DNA from: a virus
DNA: 45,215 nt
Direction: 5' to 3' (one strand)
Virus record (IMG/VR): IMGVR_UViG_3300044698_000125
Location: 1-45,215 of that record
Shown: positions 15,209 through 23,773 of the stretch, in pieces
Layout of the letters: each line of letters starts with the position of its first letter
Numbering within the stretch: position 1 is the stretch's first letter
The notes under the pieces: model-generated
What the model saw: the letters and a program-made list of their open reading frames with translations, nothing else
Told to the model about the DNA's origin: nothing
Databases searched by the model: none
Program-made: the position numbers and the translations under genes

Positions 15209-15426
15209 AAATCACGATTGAATCGACCACGAAGATGGTGCAACTGAACGGCGTGCCGGCCAGGGTATGGCGGGGTGAAACTGAAAGCGGGATTCCCGTC
15301 CACGCCTTTGTGACGCGGATCGCGGTTTCGGGCGATCAGGATCAAAGCCAGTTCCAGCGCGAGTTGCAGGAGCACGCCGCGCCGAGCCCGGAGATTCAAT
15401 CCATTCTTTTGAGGCTGATACTTTAA
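15205..15426 (+). CDS. Hypothetical protein
   Basis: ATGA overlap upstream; the next gene starts on its stop. Confidence 0.55.
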   Translation: MKITIESTTKMVQLNGVPARVWRGETESGIPVHAFVTRIAVSGDQDQSQFQRELQEHAAPSPEIQSILLRLIL

Positions 15427-15704
15427 TGTCATCCCGCCTGCACACCTGCGCCGCCGAGGGTTGCGAAAAGCAGATCGCCAGCCGGCTGCTGATGTGCATC
15501 GTTCACTGGCGCATGGTGCCGAAGGCACTGCAGCGGCTGGTTTATTCGACATTCCGCAATTGGTCCGGCTCGCGGTTCACCTCCGGCAATGCGCATGATT
15601 TGTATCGGGGCGCGGTCACGCAGGCCGTCGCCGCAGTGCGCGAAAAGGAGATTAAGCGACGACTGAGAAAAGATTCGACAGGAGATGTATTGAACTTCGA
15701 GTAG
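15426..15704 (+). CDS. Hypothetical Cys/His protein
   Basis: HTCAAEGCEKQI...MCIVHW; last gene of the early operon. Confidence 0.55.
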   Translation: MSSRLHTCAAEGCEKQIASRLLMCIVHWRMVPKALQRLVYSTFRNWSGSRFTSGNAHDLYRGAVTQAVAAVREKEIKRRLRKDSTGDVLNFE

Positions 15705-15871
15705 CGGCGGGCTGCGCCGCTCTTCGCTGTGCCCCAACGCCGGCCATAAGTGGGGCGGTGCCTCCCCGGCGCCAAGTAACCCGGCAGGCGGTGATGCGTG
15801 CAGGAAATCTTTACCTCCCCTGTTCACCACCACGGGCGCAGGCGCCGCCACTATTTTTATAAGAACAGAGA

Positions 15872-18800
15872 ATGGCAACGAAAACAGAACGTAAAAGTGG
15901 TGATGATACAACCCGCATTTTTCAGGACGTAAAGTCGCGCGCGAGTCTCGTTGACTATATCGCCCATTGCACCAGCCAGACGCCGCGCCGCGTCGGTAGC
16001 GTGCAGCGCTTCAATCCGTGCCCATTCTGCGGTCACAAGGATTGCTTTACGGTGTTTGGGGATGGTTTTGACGCCTACAAGTGCCATAGCTGCGGTCGAG
16101 GCGGGGATATATTCAACTTTTGCGAGGAGAAAAAAGCGATCTCCAAGGGTGAGGCGCTGCGCGAGGTGGCGCAGTTCGCCGGCGTCCAGCTTCCAGATCG
16201 ACAGGCGGCGACGGCAGACGGAAAACCCAAGGAAAACACGCTGCAGCGCATTCTCGAGGCGGCGGTTGCACATTACCGCAAGGTACTGGCCGAGCGCGCG
16301 GACCTGCTGGAATGGGTAAAAGCACCCAAGCCGGCCGGCCGCGGGCATCGCGATCGTACGATCGAGCGGATGGAAATCGGCGCGGCCGACGGGAAGCTCG
16401 AAGCCGCGCTGAAAGCGCAAGGTTTCACGTTCGATCAGATCAAAACTTCGGGCCTGGTGGTGGAGCGCAAGGGGCAGCCTGGGGAGTGGCGCGATTTCTT
16501 CACGCCCGGGCTGATCATTTTCCCTCACCGGCTGGCCACCGGCGAGGTCGCGCATTTCACGATCAAGGACCCACGCAGGAAGGTGGACTACCAGCTCCGC
16601 GCCGAAAACCGGCTGGACGGCTTCGCCTGGGGCAATCAGCGTGCCATACGCTCGGATGTGGTGATCCTGTGCGAGGGGGAGAATGACGGCGCGAGCTTCT
16701 GCGATGCCGACGTTCACAACTATCTCATGTCCCTGGGCAGCTTGTCCGACGAGCAGTTGCGATGGCTGGAAACGCACGCCCACGGCAAAACCTTTGTGCT
16801 CTGGTTCGACTATGACCTCAAGCCCGGACCGCAGGGGCAGCCGCCGGCGGGCATCCGTTACACCCGTAAGGTCTACCAGCGCATTCTGCGCGCCAGATCG
16901 GCCCAGGTGTTGGTGGCGAGCGCGCTGATGGAGCCGGGCGAGGATCCGGATGACTGGATCCAGAAGGACATCGAGGGTGCGCCGAGGCGCATCCAGGCGG
17001 TGATCAAGAAGGCGCATAACCCGCTCATCTGGGAATTGAAGGTGATGCCGGCCGACGTGCGCGCCGATGCCGATGCCGCGCTGCGGCACCTGACGGAGAT
17101 TGAGTTTTTCGAATACCTGGGCATGCTGCCAGAGCTGGGGCGGGATGCCGTGATTGTCGAGCTGCAGAAGTTCGGGTTTTCGCGGGATAGTGTGCTGAAC
17201 AGCATCAAGGACGGCTACGACCTCCGCGAGCAGTTGACGTCCATCGCCGACAGTTTCGAGGGATCAACCCGCAATGACGGCTACAAGCGCGTGATCTCGA
17301 CCGCGGTATGGGATTATTTCAAGCAGCACGGGAAATTCTTCGTGTCCGGCGAGAAATTGCACTTGTTTTACCACCATGCAATTTACCAGATCGGCGACAA
17401 CACGCCGTTCAAGGCGCTGATGCACCGCGAGGCGGGAATAAACTACAAGCAGGATGTCGCCGGCTTTGTGTGGGAGGAGTTGAAGGCGCTGTGCTATACG
17501 CGCGGCGATCGGCTGACGGAGTTCGGATGGATCTCGCTGTTTGACGATAAAGGCGATCAAACGCTGTATCTAAACCTGAAGGATCCTGCCAACCGGATTA
17601 TGAAGGTGGCGCGCGGCGAGGTCGATATCGCGGAGAACGGCACCAACGTGCATAACGTGCTGCTGGCGGAGTCAAGCCAGATGAAGCCGTTCCGTTACGA
17701 TCCCGAGGCTAACGTGCCCGGGGCGTTGCGCGATCTAAAGGCGCTGGTGCTCGACAGCCTGAGCTGCGAGACGGCGCAGCGCTACCTGGTGCTGGCTTGG
17801 GCATTGTCGGCTTATCTGCTGCCATTTTGCGAGACGCGCGCCCTGATGAAAATGGAAGGCATGTCCGGATCCGGGAAGACCAGTGCCGCAAAACTGCTGT
17901 CGCTGCTCATATACGGCGACAACATGGTCGGCCGCTCATCGACCGCCTCTGATTATTCGATGGCCTCGACGGAGCCCTTGATCATCAAGGACAACATGGA
18001 GACCGACGACATCAACCGCAACGCGCTGAACTTCCTGTTGCTGGCCGCCACCGGCGCCACGAACATCAAGCGCTCCCAGGGCACGGAATCCGGTGTTGTT
18101 ACCGAGAAGATTAATTGCCTGGTGGCGATCACGGCGATCGAGCCGTTCGCCAAACCGGAATTGATCAGTCGCACGTTCATCATCGATTTCTCGAAGAGAT
18201 GGCAACGCAATGACTTCGTGGAGACGGAGGCGGTAATGAATCTTCTGGCCAAGCGCGACGATATTATGTCCGCCTGGCTGCAGGTGCTGGCTGAGACTGT
18301 GCTGCCGAGTCTCGATGAGCGCGGCGAGATCATCAAGTACATCAAGAAGCAGCACAAGGATTACGCCAAGGAACGGGTCACCGAATTCACGGCGCTCCTG
18401 GTGCTGATCACCAAGGCCCTGCTGAAGCATATGCCGTTGTCCGAGGAGCTGCGCCTCGAGGCCGGGGACCGCTCGCATGAATACGTCTTACTCGATCGCT
18501 GGATTCAGTATCAAAACGAGCATAGTCGCATGACTGAGCAGGGCACCAACGCTGTCCTGCAGCTGCTGGACGGCCTGCGGCGCGTGTTCCTGATCGATTA
18601 TGCGCGGCGCGAACCCGAAGCTGTCAATGATCAGGACCGGCACACTGACAAGCTGTGGTGCGATCTGATGGGTGTGAATGTCTATAGGCAGATCCTTACC
18701 GATCTTTCTGGGGCCCCCACGGGGCACCAGCTGTATTGGTTTGAGGCATCCACCGCCGATCTGCTGGCCATGCTCAACCGCTACGGCCGGGAATATGGGG

Positions 18801-19006
18801 TCAAGGTGCCTTTCTCGAACGCAAAACAGCTGGGCGTGCGCATCTCCAATGAGATGGTCACCCTAAACCAAGCTGGCTGGCGCGCGGCACAGGCGCGGGT
18901 GATCCACGGCAACCGCATCTCGCGCTGGCAATGGTCGGACGCCGAGGACACTCCCGATGTGCCGGAATCGGCCGTAAAAACTGCGCCGAAGGCGCAACTC
19001 TTTTAA
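15872..19006 (+). CDS. Bifunctional DNA primase / P-loop helicase-like replication protein
   Basis: CHC2 zinc finger CPFCGHKDCF...CHSCG, TOPRIM-like VVILCEGENDG, and C-terminal Walker A GMSGSGKTS. Confidence 0.8.
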   Translation: MATKTERKSGDDTTRIFQDVKSRASLVDYIAHCTSQTPRRVGSVQRFNPCPFCGHKDCFTVFGDGFDAYKCHSCGRGGDIFNFCEEKKAISKGEALREVAQFAGVQLPDRQAATADGKPKENTLQRILEAAVAHYRKVLAERADLLEWVKAPKPAGRGHRDRTIERMEIGAADGKLEAALKAQGFTFDQIKTSGLVVERKGQPGEWRDFFTPGLIIFPHRLATGEVAHFTIKDPRRKVDYQLRAENRLDGFAWGNQRAIRSDVVILCEGENDGASFCDADVHNYLMSLGSLSDEQLRWLETHAHGKTFVLWFDYDLKPGPQGQPPAGIRYTRKVYQRILRARSAQVLVASALMEPGEDPDDWIQKDIEGAPRRIQAVIKKAHNPLIWELKVMPADVRADADAALRHLTEIEFFEYLGMLPELGRDAVIVELQKFGFSRDSVLNSIKDGYDLREQLTSIADSFEGSTRNDGYKRVISTAVWDYFKQHGKFFVSGEKLHLFYHHAIYQIGDNTPFKALMHREAGINYKQDVAGFVWEELKALCYTRGDRLTEFGWISLFDDKGDQTLYLNLKDPANRIMKVARGEVDIAENGTNVHNVLLAESSQMKPFRYDPEANVPGALRDLKALVLDSLSCETAQRYLVLAWALSAYLLPFCETRALMKMEGMSGSGKTSAAKLLSLLIYGDNMVGRSSTASDYSMASTEPLIIKDNMETDDINRNALNFLLLAATGATNIKRSQGTESGVVTEKINCLVAITAIEPFAKPELISRTFIIDFSKRWQRNDFVETEAVMNLLAKRDDIMSAWLQVLAETVLPSLDERGEIIKYIKKQHKDYAKERVTEFTALLVLITKALLKHMPLSEELRLEAGDRSHEYVLLDRWIQYQNEHSRMTEQGTNAVLQLLDGLRRVFLIDYARREPEAVNDQDRHTDKLWCDLMGVNVYRQILTDLSGAPTGHQLYWFEASTADLLAMLNRYGREYGVKVPFSNAKQLGVRISNEMVTLNQAGWRAAQARVIHGNRISRWQWSDAEDTPDVPESAVKTAPKAQLF

Positions 19007-19101
19007 GCGCGCGAGGGGGTGTCGCAAACCTTTGATTCAAAAGATATTATTATTTTTTTATTTGGACTGCTGCGCTGAGGAGTGGATATGTTTTCGAAAA
19101 C

Positions 19102-19372
19102 CTTGCACCCTTGCACCCAAATTAAGATAAATAATTGATTTTATTATTTATTTATTGGGTGCAAGTGAGGGTGCATGATGGGTGCAAGGGGTGCATGTTG
19201 GGTGCAAGTTGCCTTTCTGAAAATACCATCTTGCACCCACTTAACGTGTTGATTTTGTGCGGTATTGTGGATTGACGTTGAAACTGTTGGGTGCATGCGT
19301 TTTTTGATCTTGCACCCACATAAACATATTTATTATCAAGGGGTTAATTCATTTGGGTGCTTCGGGTGCAAG
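19102..19372. repeat. Iteron array: 12 copies of GGGTGCAWG (8 forward, 4 reverse) interleaved with AT-rich tracts; candidate origin of replication (or recombinase arm sites)
   Basis: Reverse copies at 19102-19110, 19110-19118, 19230-19238 and 19309-19317. Forward copies at 19157-19165, 19169-19177, 19180-19188, 19189-19197, 19200-19208, 19289-19297, 19355-19363 (variant GGGTGCTTC) and 19364-19372. Confidence 0.7.
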
Positions 19373-20402
19373 TTCTGGAAGGATCGGTGGTATTTCACAA
19401 CCGATTGTCCGGTCGGACTTGATTGAGAACTTCCTTGAGTTCAAACGCCACAACCGCGGCCGCGCAGAGCGTACCTTGCAGATTTATCGTCACGCGCTCG
19501 AGCAGCTCCTGGCTTTTGTAGGGGAAAAAGACCTGCTTGAGGTGACACAGGACGAGCTCGTCGCTTTCACCGGGCCCTGGCTGGCGAAGCGCGGGATCGT
19601 TGCGACATCGAGGCGGCCGTATATCGCAGCCGTGCGGCAGTTCTACCAGTGGCTGTATCAACAACGCCAGATCGAGCATAACCCGGCCACGGCCGTGCCT
19701 TACCCGAAAACAGGGGGCAGGTTGCCTCGCGTCATTACCCTAGCCAACACCGAGAAGCTGATGTGGGCGCCGGACTTCAACACCTTCGAAGGCGTGCGCG
19801 ACGGAGCTATGCTCGCGCTGCTGGCGGGCTGCGGGATCCGCGTGAGCGGGCTGGTGCGCCTCAATGTGAGTCACGTCGTCGACCAGGTGGTGGAAGACAA
19901 GCCGCGGTTATTTATTCGCGTGATCGAGAAGGGCGATAAGGAACGCCTGGTGCCGGTGCCGCCGGAAGCGGACCTGCAGCTGCGCGTCTACATGGAGCAC
20001 CCGCAGCTCAAGGAAATTGATCGCACGCTGCCTGATGGTGGCCATGTGCTGTTTGTGAGTGTGCGCAACCGGACTTGTCCGCCAGCCGAGTATCGAGGTG
20101 AACGCCGGCGACTCAATCGCCGCGCCGTGCTGGAGATGATCGGCAAGTATGGCCGACAGCACGGGATACCGGAGGAGCAGCTGCATCCCCATGCGCTGCG
20201 CCATCTTTACGGTACCGAGCTGACGGAAGGAAATGTCCATATCCTCGTGCAGCAACAGCTCATGGGTCACATTGATCCCAAGAGCACCGAGATATACACG
20301 CACCTAGCCATGCGAAAACTAGTGCACGAAGTCGATCGTGCGAACCCGCTATCGAAGATACGCACACCAACCTCTGACATCCTGAAGCGCCTGAAAACAT
20401 GA
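19353..20402 (+). CDS. XerC/XerD-like tyrosine recombinase/integrase (true start probably near TTG 19419, because the first codons are iteron copies)
   Basis: N-terminal SAM-like domain (FLEFKRHNRGRAERTLQIYRHALEQLLAF), GCGIRVSGL (Arg I), HPHALRHLYGTEL (H-x-x-R) and LMGHIDPKSTEIYTH (Tyr). Confidence 0.8.
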   Translation: MGASGASSGRIGGISQPIVRSDLIENFLEFKRHNRGRAERTLQIYRHALEQLLAFVGEKDLLEVTQDELVAFTGPWLAKRGIVATSRRPYIAAVRQFYQWLYQQRQIEHNPATAVPYPKTGGRLPRVITLANTEKLMWAPDFNTFEGVRDGAMLALLAGCGIRVSGLVRLNVSHVVDQVVEDKPRLFIRVIEKGDKERLVPVPPEADLQLRVYMEHPQLKEIDRTLPDGGHVLFVSVRNRTCPPAEYRGERRRLNRRAVLEMIGKYGRQHGIPEEQLHPHALRHLYGTELTEGNVHILVQQQLMGHIDPKSTEIYTHLAMRKLVHEVDRANPLSKIRTPTSDILKRLKT

Positions 20403-20840
20403 CCGAGATCGAGACGCGCGCCGTCGCCGTTGCAGCCCGGCACAACTCACAGAGAGAGAGGCTGCGCAGAAAACAGGGGTATAGGACATGTCACTCTGTA
20501 GGAGATGGGCGAACCCGTATGGTCTCGGGGGCGCTCGCAACTAACGTCGATATCGGGCTAAATCGTGCAGCCTCTCACAACTATGAATTGCGTGTTATGT
20601 CGAAAAGCGCAATACGTGGCGGGTATAACAGAGGGGTGAGCTGTGGCTAATCCTCATCAAAAGCGCAGTTCTCAGGCCGTAGCAGCGCGTCCTGGTGCGC
20701 ACCTGGCCACAGATCCGGGAGGGGTGGGGGGTCGGCAGGCCGATCCATCCCCTGCCCCTGGGGGGGGTGGGTACCTATCCACTTGCACTACTTTAAACTT
20801 TTGCGCGGCGACCGACTATCGCCTCGACGAGCTGCGCGCC

Positions 20841-21128
20841 ATGGGCATGCCGGCGCATTGGGTGAAAGTCGCTGAGGGCATCGGTTTCGAATCGTTCGAT
20901 CGAATGTGGCGCATCTTGGACAGAGAGCCGTTCCTGGACAGCGGCCGGGGCTACTTGGAACTTCGGCTGCGGCCCTACCAGTCTTATCTGCGATATCAGC
21001 GGAATCGCCACATCGAGGAGCTGGTGCGGCGGGGGCTAACGCCGAGAGAAATTATGGATCAGATTAAGGCTTCGTTGGGTGAGATCGTGAGCATTCGTCA
21101 CATATCACGCATCGCGCGCGGGAAGTAG
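20841..21128 (+). CDS. Small HTH protein upstream of the serine recombinase (regulator or directionality-factor candidate)
   Basis: GLTPREIMDQIKASLGEIVSIRHISRIARG is HTH-like. The upstream part of track ORF 20643..21128 is G/P-rich and looks non-coding. Confidence 0.45.
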   Translation: MGMPAHWVKVAEGIGFESFDRMWRILDREPFLDSGRGYLELRLRPYQSYLRYQRNRHIEELVRRGLTPREIMDQIKASLGEIVSIRHISRIARGK

Positions 21129-21136
21129 ACTGCTTC

Positions 21137-22747
21137 ATGGGGAAAACCGCTATTATCTACGCCCGCGTCAGCACCGCCGGCCAGGCCGAGGATGAATTGC
21201 CAATTGAAAGTCAGTTGGATGTGGGCCGGCGCAAAGCCAAGGAGCTGGACGCAACAGTGCTGCGGGAATTTGTCGATGCTGGAATATCGGCAAGAACTGA
21301 CGATCGGGCTGCGTTTCAGGAAGCTGTTGCTTTTTGTCGAGTTAACTCAGTTAATTATTTTATTTGCTGGAATACCGCCCGGTTTGCGCGCAATCGCATT
21401 GACGCTCCGTGGCATAAAGTGCAGCTCAAAAAGCACGGAACGGATATGGCGTATGTAGGGCTGACCCTGGACACCTCGACAAAAGAGGGTTGGATGATGG
21501 AGGGGATGCTCGAAATCATCGATGAGTATTACAGCCGCCAGGTCAGCGACGACACGATCCGCAGCATGCTGAAAAATGCTCGCGACGGATTTTATAACGG
21601 CGGCGGCGTTCCATTCGGATATGAAGTAGTGCAAGAAGGAACGCGTAGACGCCTGGTCATCCTGAAGAATGAAGCGGAGATCGTGCGTCAAATATTCGAC
21701 AGCTATCTCGCCGGCACCGGCGCGAAATCCATCGCCCATGGCATGAACCAACGCGGGATGTTAAGACGCGGGGCGCGATGGTCAAAAAACACGATCACGA
21801 ACATGCTCAAAAACCAGGTGTATATCGGCTATATCGTTTTCAATCGGCGCGATCGCCACGCGAAGCGCATGCGGCCGGAATCCGAATGGATCCGGACGAA
21901 AAGTCACGCCGAGATCATCGATGAGGAGTCATTCATGAAAGCGCAGAAGTTGCTTAACTCTCGCTCGCCAAAGGAAGGGCACGGCAGCCCCCAGAGCACT
22001 CACCTCTTCACGGGGATGCTGAAATGCGGCGCATGCGGCAAGGCCATGATGATCGAAACAGCGACCGGCCGGTCGAGAAGCTACAGCTATTACAACTGCA
22101 GCGGGAGCATAAAAGGGTTGGGATGCCGTCCACGGCGGATCCCGTCCGGAGAATTCGATGCGTGGCTGGCCGAATACATCGTGAGCCAGATCATGAGCAT
22201 TGAAAATCTGCGCTCGATCGCGCGCGACATAGAGCGCGAATCCGGGGAATGGGCGAAAGAGCGTGAACGCCGCAGATCCGCGCTCGTCGCCGAACTCAGA
22301 GATGTCGAGGCCCGTCGGCGGCGGCTTTACAACCTGCTGGAAACGAAAGACAAGGACTCACTGAACCTGGGCGACCTGAAACCACGGTTGATGGACCTGA
22401 ACAGCCGTGCTCGTGCTATAGAGTCCGGCCTGACCGATCTGGAATTGCAGGAACCGCCGGACGTCAAGGCAAGCGATATCGAACTTTTGGCGCTGCAGGA
22501 CTTTGTGCGCGATGTGGTGCTGCAGTCGAATAATCCGCAGAAAATACGGGAATTCCTCGCCACGTTCATCGAGGAGGTCACTGTGACTGGCAGCGAGGCC
22601 AGGATTCGCTACCGCAAGGACCGTTTGGTGACGGCAAATGCCACCGAAACGGTTCATAGTGAGAAAGGATGGCTCCCCATGCAGGGCTTATTGCGAACCG
22701 GGAAAAACATTGCTCTACTGCCGGATCGGTTTCGCCGCGCGGCATAG
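21137..22747 (+). CDS. Large serine recombinase (phage integrase type)
   Basis: AIIYARVSTAGQ (catalytic Ser), recombinase domain, zinc ribbon CGACGK...YYNCSG, and C-terminal coiled coil; 536 aa. Confidence 0.85.
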   Translation: MGKTAIIYARVSTAGQAEDELPIESQLDVGRRKAKELDATVLREFVDAGISARTDDRAAFQEAVAFCRVNSVNYFICWNTARFARNRIDAPWHKVQLKKHGTDMAYVGLTLDTSTKEGWMMEGMLEIIDEYYSRQVSDDTIRSMLKNARDGFYNGGGVPFGYEVVQEGTRRRLVILKNEAEIVRQIFDSYLAGTGAKSIAHGMNQRGMLRRGARWSKNTITNMLKNQVYIGYIVFNRRDRHAKRMRPESEWIRTKSHAEIIDEESFMKAQKLLNSRSPKEGHGSPQSTHLFTGMLKCGACGKAMMIETATGRSRSYSYYNCSGSIKGLGCRPRRIPSGEFDAWLAEYIVSQIMSIENLRSIARDIERESGEWAKERERRRSALVAELRDVEARRRRLYNLLETKDKDSLNLGDLKPRLMDLNSRARAIESGLTDLELQEPPDVKASDIELLALQDFVRDVVLQSNNPQKIREFLATFIEEVTVTGSEARIRYRKDRLVTANATETVHSEKGWLPMQGLLRTGKNIALLPDRFRRAA

Positions 22748-22807
22748 GGCCAGTTAGGCCGTTTTCCGCCCTGCAAATGGCTTGACGGAGGTCGGATAAT
22801 CGGCAGC

Positions 22808-23773
22808 ATGCCGAAATCCGACCCTAAACAGCAGCGCGTCCTAGTAACGTTTCAGTGCCGGCCGTGCCGGCACACCTTCGAGGCCGAGCCTGGGCGCGTC
22901 GCCGATGCGCCGGAGCTCGATCATCATCCTTTCCGATATTTCGCTGACTGTCCCAAATGCCAATCTGAGGTAGAGCAGGCGGCGTGGGAGCGGGCGCTGT
23001 TGAAGGCCTGGCAGAACGCCACGGGGCCGACTTCCGAGGAAGGGAAGGCGGCGACTTCGAAAAACCTCGAAGGACATCCGACACCGGAAGAGGCGAAGCG
23101 CACGCGGTTTAATGCGATGAAGCACGGCCTTTCCGCGAGAACGGCAACCTATTTTCCGGCCAAGCCAGACGGCTACCCCTTCTGTTCGACGTGCGAGGTC
23201 GATCGCGACTGGTGCAAGGCGCAGCCGGCGTGCACGAAGAAAACGGAATTGTTCATGCTGCACCAGGCGGCTTTTGAACAAAACGATCCCAAGCGGTTGA
23301 TGGGCATCTACTCCGAGATGCATGCAGCGATTTTCGCGGTGATCCAGTCGATGCTGCAGCAGATTATCGCGGACGGCGTGAAGATTGAGACTGTCGTGTG
23401 GGACAAGGACGCTGAAGGTAATATAAAGGTCGCTGAGTATGTTGATGAAACCGGGCAGCGCAAGATCCTGCGCGACACAATGCAGGCACACCCGCTGCTC
23501 AACCGGGTTGGCGAGCTGCTGTCACGCACCGGCCTGACGCTCGCCGATATGGGCAAGACCACTAAAGTAATCGAACAACATGAGGAGGACATGGGGCGTC
23601 TCGCCGGCGAGCAGGCTACACGCGAGCAGCTTACTGATTTTCAGTCGAAGCAGTCCGCGGTGCTGGAGAAACTGGCCGACCGGCTGGATCGCGGGCGCAA
23701 GAGCACCGAGCGCGATCCGGTGCTGCTCGAATATAACCAGCAGACCGGCGAGGCTTCGCCGGCGGTGCCATGA
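22808..23773 (+). CDS. Putative terminase small subunit / packaging-associated zinc-ribbon protein (by position)
   Basis: CRPCRH...CPKCQ at the N-terminus. Lies immediately upstream of, and overlaps, the large terminase gene. Confidence 0.4.
   Translation: MPKSDPKQQRVLVTFQCRPCRHTFEAEPGRVADAPELDHHPFRYFADCPKCQSEVEQAAWERALLKAWQNATGPTSEEGKAATSKNLEGHPTPEEAKRTRFNAMKHGLSARTATYFPAKPDGYPFCSTCEVDRDWCKAQPACTKKTELFMLHQAAFEQNDPKRLMGIYSEMHAAIFAVIQSMLQQIIADGVKIETVVWDKDAEGNIKVAEYVDETGQRKILRDTMQAHPLLNRVGELLSRTGLTLADMGKTTKVIEQHEEDMGRLAGEQATREQLTDFQSKQSAVLEKLADRLDRGRKSTERDPVLLEYNQQTGEASPAVP

Noticed and set aside
15705-15871. Terminator or promoter elements in the gap before the primase gene (hairpin AGCGGCG-GGCTG-CGCCGCT at 15705-15723; palindrome GGCGCAGGCGCC)
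   Set aside because: The hairpin is not followed by a T-run, and no convincing -35/-10 pair was found. It is plausibly regulatory, but I cannot support a specific call.
15857-17089. Long minus-strand ORFs opposite the primase, capsid, tail and J genes (for example 15857-17089, 29553-31514, 35707-37194, 42556-43776, 10056-11177, 12325-13485)
   Set aside because: These are typical antisense shadow ORFs of GC-rich DNA. Their translations are Arg/Ala/Pro/Gly-rich and low complexity with no motifs. Each lies opposite a + strand gene with clear motifs and start/stop coupling.
19102-19372. Possible CRISPR array (many short repeats)
   Set aside because: The repeat unit is only 9 bp, occurs in both orientations, is sometimes directly abutting, and has no regular spacers. 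This pattern fits iterons or binding sites, not CRISPR.
20456-20576. 10-bp long-range inverted repeat GAGAGGCTGC / GCAGCCTCTC enclosing about 100 nt (possible structured ncRNA)
   Set aside because: By a rough estimate, a few perfect 10-bp inverted repeats within 100 nt are expected by chance in 45 kb. I saw no terminator, promoter or further nested helices. It is kept only as part of the low-coding-gap finding.
20878-20905. tRNA-like T-arm string GGTTTCGAATCG
   Set aside because: It lies inside a well-supported coding frame (GIGFESFDRMW), and no acceptor or anticodon stems can be drawn around it. No tRNA was recognised anywhere in the window.
22748-22807. Late promoter or cos/pac site upstream of the putative small terminase (TTGACG ... 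GATAAT)
   Set aside because: The two hexamers are only 7 nt apart, and the alternative -35 (CTGCAA) is weak. No repeat or terminase-binding pattern was recognisable by eye.
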